Below are positions 1 to 9,420 of a DNA stretch of 17,058 nt, in pieces (the first letter of the stretch is position 1; the number at the start of each line of letters is the position of its first letter). Below the pieces are notes generated by a model that worked only from the letters and a program-made list of their open reading frames with translations, had not been told where the DNA came from and searched no databases. Source of the DNA: Octopus sinensis (lineage: Eukaryota); contig NW_021824916.1 of the NCBI RefSeq assembly GCF_006345805.1, forward strand, positions 1-17,058, read 5' to 3'. Made by a program: the position numbers and the translations under genes.

Positions 1-264
1 TCAGACTATTGTTCTTCTTGTCTGAAAAATACACAAACCCGATTCACTTATACTTTCTCCCTCTCAGTTACACACACACACACACAAGCACACACACATG
101 CACACAGCGCGCGCACATGCACATGTGCACGCATGTATGCAAGCAGGAGCACCTAGGTTACTTTGTATTTGAATACCGGGGGTTTCGAATTTACGCGTTC
201 AGATGTTTTATTTGTGTTAGACAGGTGATCTTTCTTACGCCGTTCTTTCTTGCATGGCATACAG

Positions 265-271
265 TATATAC

Positions 272-327
<56 letters not shown>

Positions 328-357
328 CTGTCTGTGTGTGTGTGTGTGTGTGTGTGT
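265..357. repeat. Compound (TA)n-(TG)n microsatellite
   Basis: Long TA run followed by TG run, read directly. Confidence 0.97.
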
Positions 358-659
358 TACAAGTGACTTTGTTGATAATTTGTATAAGGGGAATATATAC
401 TGGGCACATAAAAATGTTCTTCGTATTTTTATGCTAAACACCGAAGAGAATTTAAAAACATTGTATAGTTTTTAAACAAGTTGTTATATAATCCGGACAA
501 TTAATTTACCGAAACCAGTGTATATTTTACAAAACCAAAGTTGCCATATTTGCTGTATTTTATTAATATGTGTGTGTGAATTTGAATACCACACATATAC
601 ACACACTTACATATGTACACATATACACACACATATGTATGTATGTATGTATGTATATT

Positions 660-812
660 TTCTCTCCTTGTTTTTTCTGTGTCCCTTTCTGTAGAAGAGC
701 GTAGGCTCGTAACGTAAAAGACTTTTTCTATTCCTGAGCGTTATACTAATACACCTGTTTGTTTTGTACACCACCTGTCTTCGTCTGTTGTTTTTTTCGT
801 AAACTCTCCCAA
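660..812 (+). mobile_element. Probable Penelope-like element terminal (pLTR) fragment carrying a hammerhead-like motif
   Basis: CTTT-CTGTAGA-A-GAGC-GTAG-GCTC-GTAAC-GTA-AAAG at 685-720 has the layout of PLE-type minimal hammerheads. A related sequence lies on the - strand at 915-990. Confidence 0.55.
685..720 (+). ncRNA. Degenerate minimal type I hammerhead-ribozyme-like motif
   Basis: Stem I CUUU/AAAG, core CUGUAGA (canonical CUGANGA), extra A, stem II GAGC/GCUC with GUAG loop, GUAAC (canonical GAAAC), palindromic ACGU stem III, GUA cleavage triplet at 714-716. Two core deviations. Confidence 0.45.
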
Positions 813-814
813 TG

Positions 815-848
<34 letters not shown>

Positions 849-915
849 TGTATGTATGTATGTATGTATGTATGTATGTGTGTGTATGTATGTATGTATG
901 TATGTATGTATGCAT
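813..915. repeat. (TATG)n microsatellite
   Basis: Direct reading. Confidence 0.97.
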
Positions 916-990
916 GTATGTATACGTAAGGTATTAATAAGACGCCCAGAGAAGGAAAGAAATGGTGTTTTACGTTTCGAGCTAAGCTCT
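915..990 (-). mobile_element. Second, 5'-truncated PLE-terminal-like fragment (3' half of a hammerhead)
   Basis: The - strand reads AGAGC-TTA-GCTC-GAAAC-GTA-AAAC...CTGGGCGTCTTATTAATAC, resembling 696-750 on +. The CUGANGA half is absent. Confidence 0.45.
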
Positions 991-1089
991 GGGATTCCGA
1001 TATCCGTTGAAGTCAAATTAATGGCGGTATTACTGTATCTCAAAACCCTAGTTTCTTTTACAAGTTGTAAATACGTTTATACTGCGCAC

Positions 1090-1490
1090 CGAAGAAAATA
1101 AAAAGGTTACAGGATTAGAAGAAATCATGAGCAGCAATTATCTATAAGTATCGAAACCTAAATATGATGCAATCAAGAGTAAAATAGCCTGCAGCCATGT
1201 TGCTAACGAATCGACAGTGCGTAATATTAAAAATCAGAACAGGTAAGGCTTATGAAGAACAGGTAGAAAGCTCTGTTTAATCATCGGATTTCAAAACAAA
1301 AACAAACAGAAGCAATAGTATTTGAAATGAAACGAATTTTGTAATTTTGTCAATTTGTATCAAAAATTGCAATCAAAATGGCATTCTATGAAATTATGTG
1401 ACTCGGCTATCAATACGATGGCTGTCAGATTGTTTGCAGCAGAAAGAAAATAGGAAGAGCGCGAAAATGAAGGGAAAACAACGAAAAAGC
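1090..1490 (+). pseudogene. Degenerate pogo/Tigger-like (CENP-B-type HTH) transposase N-terminus
   Basis: Across frameshifts: LSISIET / KYDAIKSKIACSHVANESTVRNIKNQ (HTH-psq-like NESTVRxIK), and later RWLSDCLQQKENRKSAKMKGK (loosely like the end of the CENP-B HTH). Stops and frameshifts throughout. Confidence 0.45.
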
Positions 1491-1504
1491 TTTTGATGAT
1501 TTTG

Positions 1505-2102
1505 TTTCTTTATTGCTCACACGGGGCTAAACATAGAGGGGACAAATAAGGACAGACAAACGGATTAAGTCAATTATATCGACCCCAGCGTGTAACTGGT
1601 ACTTATTTAATCGACTCCGAAAGAATGAAAGGCAAAGTCGACCTCGGCGGAATTTGAATTCAGAACGTAGTGGCAGACGAAATACCTATTTCTTTATTGC
1701 ACAAAGGGGCTAAACACAGAGGGGACAAACAAGGACAGACAAACGGATTAAGTCGATTATATCGACCCCAGTGCTTAACTGGTACATAATTTATCGACCC
1801 CGAAAGGATGAAAAGCAAAGTCAACCTCGGCAGAATTTGAACTCATGAACGTAAAGACAGACGAAATACCTATTTCTTTACTACCCAGAAGGGGCTAAAC
1901 ACAGAGGGAACAAACAAGGACAGACATAGGTATTAAGTCGATTATATCGACCCCCAGTGCGTAACTGGTAATTAATTTATCGACCCCGAAAGGATAAAAA
2001 GCAAAGTCGACCTCGGCGGAATTTTAACTCAGAACGTAATGGCAGACGAAATACCTTTAGGCATTTCGCCCGGCGCGCTAACGTTTCTGCCAGCTCGCCG
2101 CC
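1505..2102 (-). mobile_element. tRNA-derived SINE (family A): head plus three tandem ~184-bp body units
   Basis: Head GGCGGCGAGCTGGCAGAAACGTTAG starts at 2102. B-box-like GA(G/A)TTCAAATTCC in the units. TTTCTTTA recurs at 1505, 1689 and 1873 (period 184). Confidence 0.9.
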
Positions 2103-2244
2103 TTTAAGTCGATTATATCGACTCCAGTGTGTAACTGGTACTTAATTTATCGACCACGAAAGGATGAAAGGCAAAGTCGACCTCGGCGGAATTTAAACTC
2201 AGAACGTAAATACAGACGAAATACGGCTACGCATTTCGCCCGGC
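2103..2244 (-). mobile_element. SINE family A, partial copy directly upstream of the trimer
   Basis: Same body (GTCGACTTTGCCTTTCATCCTTTCGTGGTCGATAAATTAAGTACCAG), truncated at both ends. Confidence 0.88.
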
Positions 2245-2859
2245 ATAATGAATTTTGAAAGGTTGTAACGCATGAATCTGAGTGAAATTTGATTGCTATT
2301 TTTTGCAGTTCGAGCGACCCAGTAGAGAGCTTCCATTATAATCCCTCAGTTCAAGTAGTCACTTGTCTTAGCATTGTCTTTTCCACATCATATCTTCTAG
2401 GTCAGTTTTGATACCATATCCGGTCAATGTCTTGCTTACATACACCGCCGTCACTTCATACTTTCGGTATTCTTTGTTTTGTGTTTTGTCATTATGTTCT
2501 GTTCACCCAGACTTACATTTCATTTATTCAATCAATTATTTCGTTATTATTTGTTGCCATTATTTCATCTCGTATTTATGGTTGTTTTGTTTTATCTTTT
2601 ATTTATTTCCTACTTCAGACTCCGTTACGTATTTTGATAGACAGCGACCATTGTCTTTCTACAATAGCGTATGTGTAGGTCCGCATCGGTGTGTGTGTGT
2701 TTGTGTGTCAGTGTGTAGGTGTGTTCATTCCTGTTGGGGTGTATGCGTATCACTGTGCTTGTATATGTGCTTTTAAGTGTGTGTGTTTATATTATGTGCG
2801 TGTGAGTATGTGATCACATATAATTGTGTTCATGTTTGGCGTACGTGTATATGCTTATT

Positions 2860-2894
<35 letters not shown>

Positions 2895-2987
2895 ATTCTC
2901 TGTATGTGCGTCTATGTGTGTGTGCGTGAGTGAGTGTGTAGGTATATATGTGTGTGTGTGCGTGTGATTATAAGTATGTACCAGTGA

Positions 2988-3302
2988 GGGCGCGTGGCTT
3001 AGTGGTTAGGGCATTCGGCTCATGATCGTAAGGTTGTGAGTTCGATTCCCGGCGACGCGTTGTGTCCTTGAGCAAGACACTTTTATTCACGTTGCTCCAG
3101 TCCACTCAGCTGGCAAAATGAGTTGTACTTGTATTTCAAAGGGTCACCTTGTCACTCTCTGTGTCACGCTGATTATCCCTGAGAACTACGTTAAGGGTAC
3201 ACGTGTCTGTGGAATGCTCAGCCATTTGCACGTTAATTTCACGAGCAAGCTGTTCCGTTGATCGTATCAGCTGGGACCCTCGTCGTCGTAACCGGCGGAG
3301 TC
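2988..3302 (+). mobile_element. tRNA-derived SINE (family B)
   Basis: A-box TGGCTTAGTGG, B-box GAGTTCGATTCC, then TGTGTCCTTGAGCAAGACACTT. Colinear second copy at 4064-4378. Confidence 0.9.
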
Positions 3303-3386
3303 TTTGAAAGTATGTACCTAGTTTGTTTCTGTCTGTGAATGGGTATATACGCTGGCGTAAGTATAGCTGTATGTTTATGTCTGTAT

Positions 3387-3805
3387 GGCGGCGAGCTGGC
3401 AGTAACGTTAGTACGCAGGGCGAATTGCTTAGTGGTATTTCGTCTGCCGTTACGTTGTGAGTTCAAATTCCGCCGAGGTCGACTTTGCCTTTCATCCTTT
3501 CGGGGTCGATAAATTAAGTACCAGTTACGCACTGGGGGAATCGATGTAATCGACTTAATACCTATGTCTGTCCTTGTTTGTCCCCTCTATGTTTAGCCCC
3601 TTGTGGGTAGTAAAGAATAGGTATTTCGTCTTGCCGTTACGGTTCTGAGTTCAAATTCCGCCGAGGTCGACTTTGCCTTTCATCCTTTCGGGGTCGATAA
3701 ATTAAGTACCAGTTCCGCACTGGGGTCGATGTAATCGACTTAATACCTATGTCTGTCCTTGTTTGTCCTCTCTATGTTTAGCCCCTTGTGGGTAATAAAG
3801 AAATA
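3387..3805 (+). mobile_element. SINE family A: head plus two tandem body units
   Basis: Head GGCGGCGAGCTGGCAG at 3387. Units start GGTATTTCGTC at 3434 and 3620. Reverse complement of the 1505-2102 family. Confidence 0.92.
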
Positions 3806-4063
3806 TGTATGTTTACGTCTGTATCTGTGTATATGTATTTTTGTGAATGCATATATGTGTGTGCATGTAAGTGTGAATGTGTGGGTATATGTGTGAGTGT
3901 GTGTGCATGTGTGTGTATGTGTGTGCGGTCGTAATTGTGGATGTGCTTATTGTACGAGATTGGTGTACGTGGCTGTCGGTGTATATTTGTATCTGTAAGC
4001 GTATGTGTACATGTATATCTAAGTGTGTCGGCTTATCATGCGTGTGTGTGTATATCGCATAAA

Positions 4064-4378
4064 GGAGCGTGGCTTAGAGCTTAGGGTCCTTGGCTCACGA
4101 CCGTAAGGTTGTCAGTTCGGTTCCCAGGGTTGCGTTGCGTTCTTGAGCAAGACATTTTATTTCTCGTTGCTCCAGTCCACTCACCTGGCAGAAATGAGCT
4201 GTACTTGTAATTAAAAGCGACAGCCCTGTAACATTTGTGTCACACTAAATTGCCCCGACAACTACATTAAAGGTACGCGTGTCTATGGAATACTCAGTCA
4301 CTTGCACGTTAATTTCACGACCTGGCTCTTCTGTTGCTCGGATCAACTGGAACGCTCGTCGTCGTAACCGACGGAGTA
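4064..4378 (+). mobile_element. SINE family B, more diverged copy
   Basis: Aligns by eye end to end with 2988-3302 (GTTGCTCCAGTCCACTCA; TTGCACGTTAATTTCACGA; CTCGTCGTCGTAACCG). Confidence 0.9.
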
Positions 4379-4399
4379 CCATTTACCTGTGTCGCAGGT

Positions 4400-4530
4400 A
4401 TGGAGGAACGGCTAAGAAGTTCGCCTCATAATAAATAACAAGATCCTGGGTTTCGTTCTACTTTGTGGCTCCTTGGGCAGGAGTCCTTCTTATAACCTCG
4501 GGAAGACCAAAGTCTTGAGTAGAACTGGGG
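4400..4530 (+). mobile_element. Degenerate SINE head (family C)
   Basis: CCTTGGGCAGGAGTCCTTCTTATAACCTCGGGAAGACCAAAGTCTTG resembles 9274-9420. Confidence 0.55.
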
Positions 4531-4714
4531 GAATGGAAAATGTTAGGAAGACTTTCATTGCGTTATATTTGTGATGGAAGAGACACCTTTGTGACATAAT
4601 GCGCCACTCAGACTCCACCTCAGGATTCTGTTCAGAGAAAGGGATGGATATTTGGTAAAAGAAAAACCAGTCGCAAATACACATAGGTACACAATCATAG
4701 CCCCCCACACACTC

Positions 4715-4828
4715 ATATATGTATATGCATCTATGCATACACACATATACACACATATATATATATATACATACATACATGCATACATACATTCACATAT
4801 ACATGTGTGTATATATAAATATACACAC

Positions 4829-4861
<33 letters not shown>

Positions 4862-4870
4862 TATACAGAT
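4715..4870. repeat. Compound (CA)/(TA)/(CATA) microsatellite
   Basis: Direct reading. Confidence 0.9.
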
Positions 4871-5257
4871 CTTCTCTCGTTCTCCCTCTCTTCCTCTCCC
4901 TCTCTCCTCTCTCTCTCTCTCTCCCCACACGCACAAATATATATTTATATATATACACATATGTACGAATGGGTGAAAAAGAGAGTTAGAGGGGTAAACA
5001 GAGGGAGATATGAAAAGAGGGCTGGAAAGAGATTTAATAAGCGAGACTATGTATGTATGTGCGTGAGTGTGTGTATGTGTGTGTGTGTGCGATCGTACTC
5101 GTATATGTGAGTGTACGTGCACTCGCGTATGCGTGCGTGCGCTTGTGTGAGTGCGTGTGCGTGTGTGTGTGGTTCATTTAGTGTTACAAGGAATTATGCT
5201 TTTTAGAAGAAATTTCTTTATCAATATCTTTTGCAGAATTTAGAGAGGAAGATTTAA

Positions 5258-5302
5258 ATACACACATACACGCATACACACATACATACATACATACATA
5301 CA

Positions 5303-5334
<32 letters not shown>

Positions 5335-5665
5335 CGCATACATACATACATACATACACGCATACATATATACATACATACATACACGCATACATGCATG
5401 CATAAATATATACATACATACATAAATACATACATACACACACACATACATACGTACATACATACATACACACATACATACATAAATACATACATACACG
5501 CATACATACATACATACATACACGCATACATACATACATACATACATACACGCATACATACATACATACATACATACATACATACATACATACATACATA
5601 CATACATACATACATACACACTTATGCATACATACATACATTCATACATACGTACATACATATAT
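5258..5665. repeat. ~400-bp (CATA)n microsatellite with CACG and CACA interruptions
   Basis: Direct reading. Confidence 0.97.
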
Positions 5666-5746
5666 ATGTGTATATGTATATCACACATACACAAATCCCT
5701 CCAAACTTCAGTGGGAATAAAAAGATCGGAAACCATCAAAGATGTT

Positions 5747-5900
5747 CGCCACCATCTGCTCTCCGGCACAAAGGTTATCCCGGGGTGAAATTTGGAACAT
5801 GACAAAATATTGTCGAACAAATTCAAATTTATCCCTTTCTTTCTTGCTTTCGTTTTTCTCTTTCCTCTTCTTCGTCTGAGAACGATATTTTTTTAGAATC
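5747..5900 (-). pseudogene. Possible piggyBac-like transposase fragment
   Basis: With frameshifts: KILKK/ISFSDEEEEREKRKQE/RDKFEFVRQYF..SPRDNLCAGEQMVA. Motif order resembles piggyBac ILRxLRFDD..DKLxPIR..PGENLxxDEQLV, with an apparent internal deletion. Confidence 0.35.
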
Positions 5901-6140
5901 TTTACCCCCTACCAAACTATATGTAAACGGAATTTTTGTGTGTGCGTGCGTGTGTGAGTGCGTGTCTGTGTGTGTGTGTGTGTATGTGTGTGTGTGTGTG
6001 TTGGGTGAAGTCATCATCTAGACAACTCTTTGGAGATATAGTGCAACAAGAGATTGGATTACTAATTTTTTTCCAAAGGGGATTAGTATTGAAGAGAAGG
6101 AAAGAAACAGAGAGCGAGTGAGTGAGATCGGGAGACTGAA

Positions 6141-6143
<3 letters not shown>

Positions 6144-6192
<49 letters not shown>
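6144..6192. repeat. (GA)n microsatellite
   Basis: Direct reading. Confidence 0.98.
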
Positions 6193-6194
<2 letters not shown>

Positions 6195-6437
6195 GGGAGC
6201 AGTTGAGAATTCTACTTCAAAAGAACCTGAGAATTCGGAATAAAATTCGTTGAGAATTGGAGATACGTCTTACCAGTAAAAAAAAAAAAATATTATGGAA
6301 AAATATTGCTGTCTCACAGAAAATCTGAATTCCGTGTTTCGTATCAGTTTTTCCCATAAGTATTTCTCTGGCTTATATCACTGAATCTCACATGAAAGAC
6401 ATGGACCAATAACAGAAGTGTGTTATTTTGATATCAT

Positions 6438-6707
6438 ATAGCCATGTCTGAGTTTATATAGCCATGACGTGCCTTCATATAACTATGACAGGTCTTATAT
6501 AGCTGTGACTATAATATGTACTAATATAGCTATTACTACGTATTCAAATAGCCTTAAAATTGTTCAGATAGTCGTGACTTCTATCATGTACCCATGACTA
6601 TATTCATAAATCCATGGCTGTGTTCATATAACCGTGACTGTGTCCTATGACCATGTCTGTGTTCATATAGCCAAGAATGTGTTCATATGCCCATGACTGT
6701 GTTCATA
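6438..6707 (+). repeat. ~20-bp minisatellite, about 13 degenerate units, consensus ATAGCCATGACTGTGTTCAT
   Basis: Units start at about 6438, 6458, 6479, 6499, 6526, 6548, 6568, 6588, 6608, 6628, 6649, 6667 and 6687. Confidence 0.85.
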
Positions 6708-6933
6708 CAAGTATGATCATATTACTGTTTCCAGGACATTTGTTATATCCCTTCATCGGAGACGGTGTGAGAAGATGGTTAAGCAATAGTTATTCTAGAC
6801 AGGATATGAAATAGAGAGTGAAGTGGAGGAATGTAAATAGACGTGAGATATGCAGGGATATTGTACTTGTAGATCTATTATTTAGACAGAATGGTATACA
6901 TATAAGATACCAATACCTTGTGAGTAAAACCCA

Positions 6934-6982
<49 letters not shown>

Positions 6983-6983
6983 A

Positions 6984-7016
<33 letters not shown>

Positions 7017-7070
7017 CGCGTTCGTACACGCACACACACTTATATATGTTTATACATATATGTATATATC

Positions 7071-7464
7071 ACAAGTAAACACCTCAAAGAGCCTACTCGC
7101 AGTTGTAACTGTCGAGAGCAAGGGACCTGTCCAATCGACTATGGGTGCATGATTAAATCCATCATATATGAAGCAAAAGTCACAGCAAACGCTAAATGAT
7201 CACAATACCGAAAAGAAGAGCTATATCGGGATATGTGAAGGCAACTTCAAGAATCGTTACGGTCACCACATATCTCCCTTCGGACACAGGAACTAAAATA
7301 AAGCCTCTAAGCTGACTACCCACGTATGGGGTTTGAAGTATAACGCCGCACTACATACAGTTAAATGGAAAATAGTTGAAGAGTCAATACCATATGTGAA
7401 CGGCTCAAAAAAGTTTAAGCTATGCATAGCTGAAAGAATACAAATCCTTTTCAGATCTAAGAAC
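7071..7464 (+). pseudogene. Penelope-like retroelement GIY-YIG endonuclease relic with Cys-rich linker
   Basis: RSCNCREQGTCPIDYGCMIKSIIYEAKVT, a frameshift near 7195, then TEKKSYIGICEGNFKNRYGHHISPFGHRN*NKASKLTTHVWGLK...VKWKIVEESIPYVNGSKKFKLCIAERIQIL. IIY and YIG motifs, catalytic R and the LCxxE end are present. Confidence 0.88.
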
Positions 7465-7763
7465 TGTGTATATATATATATATATACACATACATACATG
7501 CTTAAAATTATATATATATATGTATGTATGTATGTATTTATCTGTATGTATGTATTTATATGTATACATGTATTTATAAGTGAGTGTGTGGGGGTGCGTA
7601 TATGTGTGTGTATGTATGTATATATGCATACATACGTAGAATCAGTTCTGTATTTTTATCCAAACCATTCCACAAATAGGTTAGAGAAACGAGCAATAAT
7701 TTAGGTTAAAGGAATGTGTAGAAGAGAAAAAGTCAAAGAGGGAGAGAGAGAGGCGGAGAGAGT

Positions 7764-7765
7764 GA

Positions 7766-7811
<46 letters not shown>
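7764..7811. repeat. (GAAA)n microsatellite
   Basis: Direct reading. Confidence 0.97.
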
Positions 7812-7812
<1 letters not shown>

Positions 7813-8033
7813 TGAGGCTGGGAGAAATTGTAGTTGAGAGAAGAATTAATATAAATTAACACTAGGAAATATTATGTTGCAGGAATTATTTAAGTCTGTA
7901 GAGGGACGGCCGAATCTCTTCATGCTAATATGCTTTTGAGGAATCAAGTTTCGCTTTTGGTGTTATTAGACACACCCTGAAGTTCCTCAACCATGTACAA
8001 TGAAGACTTTTTTTTGCATTTAATCATATAAGA

Positions 8034-8398
8034 TATGTATGTATGTATTTATGTATGTATGTATGTATGTATGTATGTATGTGTGTATGTATGTATGTAT
8101 GTATGTATGTATGTATGTGTGTATGTATGTATGTATGTATGTATGTGTGTGTGTGTATGTATGTATGTATGTATGTAAGTATGTATGTATGTATGTATGT
8201 ATGTATGTGTGTATGTATGTATGTATGTATGTATGTATGTGTGTGTGTGTATGTATGTATGTATGTATGTATGTAAGTATGTATGTATGTATGTATGTAT
8301 GTATGTATGTATGTATGTATGTGTGTGTGTGTATGTATGTATGTATGTATGTATGTAAGTATGTATGTATGTATGTATGTATGTATGTATGTATGTAT
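8034..8398. repeat. ~365-bp (TATG)n microsatellite with recurrent TGTG and TAAG variants
   Basis: Direct reading. Confidence 0.97.
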
Positions 8399-8789
8399 AC
8401 GGCATACTTGAAATAAAAGTTCCTTGTTTCTGCGTTCGTTCAGAATTTTCTTCTTAAAACGAAGCATGTATCTAAAAAGATGCACCGTAGGAAAGTTTTG
8501 CAGGATTAAGTCACGCAGCATATTTACCAGTTAGAAATAGCAGCCAGCTAAATCTTACTGAAATCATATTCTATAGCCGTGGTCCTCAACTATTTTATAC
8601 CTATGGGCCACCTTGATTACTATTTCATTCTGGTGGACCCCAACACTAGTTATTCGATGCTGAAAAACTAGTTTTATAGATACCTTATTCAAAATTCTTA
8701 TTTTGTTTCTCACACATTTACCAGTATACGTTTATGATGATGTTCTCTGAGAGGACATTCTTCGGTGGCCAGAAACGTAGTTGTTATAA

Positions 8790-8855
8790 GGCGAGACGAA
8801 ATGCCGCTAAGCATTTTGCCTGGCGTGTTAACAGTTCTACAAGGTCCTCGCCTTG
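8790..8855 (-). mobile_element. Degenerate SINE family A head fragment
   Basis: GACGAAATGCCGCTAAGCATTTTGCCTGGCGTGTTAAC matches GACGAAATACC..GCATTTCGCCCGGCGCGCTAAC at 2046-2082. Confidence 0.7.
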
Positions 8856-9273
8856 ATAAAAATAATATTAAATTTGGAATTTATACGAATTTTCTAGACA
8901 GTGCAGAATTTAATAACTTTTTTTTCAGTAAAAGTTACATATTCCAAGCTAATTACGCCGGAGCTTTCTTTGTTATAGTATTAATGTTTGGAAACATATT
9001 TCAGTTGCGGGTTTTGCTTTTACTTTTGATTTCCATTATCGATTATGTTGGGGTTTCAGCGATAGAAGTACCAGAAATATGAATCCTCTTCATAAAATGC
9101 CATTCAGTGTTGCGTTCCTAATCTCTACATATGTGAGTTCATTTGATTCTAAATGAGAGCGTGCCTGTCTGTATTAGATATAACGGTGAACCTGTTTTTT
9201 AATGAATAAAACATCATAGCATTAAAATATATTCAGACGTGGTAAACAGAAAATAATATCATCTACGCACATC

Positions 9274-9420
9274 TGGTTAAAAAGCTCGGGTGGCAACCAC
9301 ATGGTTTCTAGTTCAGTCCAGCTGCGCGGCATCTTGTTCAAGCGTTCTCTACCATAGTCCCGGGCCCCGATCAATGCCTTGTAAGTTTAGATTTGGCATA
9401 CGGAAACTGGAAGCCCGTCG
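9274..9420 (+). mobile_element. Degenerate tRNA-derived SINE head (family C), followed by (TA)/(TG) microsatellite
   Basis: AACCACATGGTTTCTAGTTCAGTCC (B-box-like), ending ACGGAAACTGGAAGCCCGTCG, then TATATATG. Confidence 0.65.

Noticed and set aside
2988-3060. tRNA gene (CAT anticodon-like loop); similar heads at 4064 and 10140-10200
   Set aside because: The acceptor and anticodon stems pair poorly, the loops differ between copies, and each continues into a shared SINE body.
6438-6707. CRISPR-like array
   Set aside because: The units are contiguous and degenerate with no unique spacers, the context is eukaryotic, and there are no cas genes.
6735-6815. Exon with P450-like HLLYPFIGDG
   Set aside because: Similarity is a few residues only and is not continued; there is no supporting neighbouring exon.
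8765-9082. 105-aa ORF
   Set aside because: It starts inside a SINE head fragment, uses a GTG start and has no recognisable motif.
9085-9200. MULE-like motifs on the - strand (TDRHALI..WHFMKR)
   Set aside because: Only two short, weak matches in different frames, indistinguishable from chance by eye.
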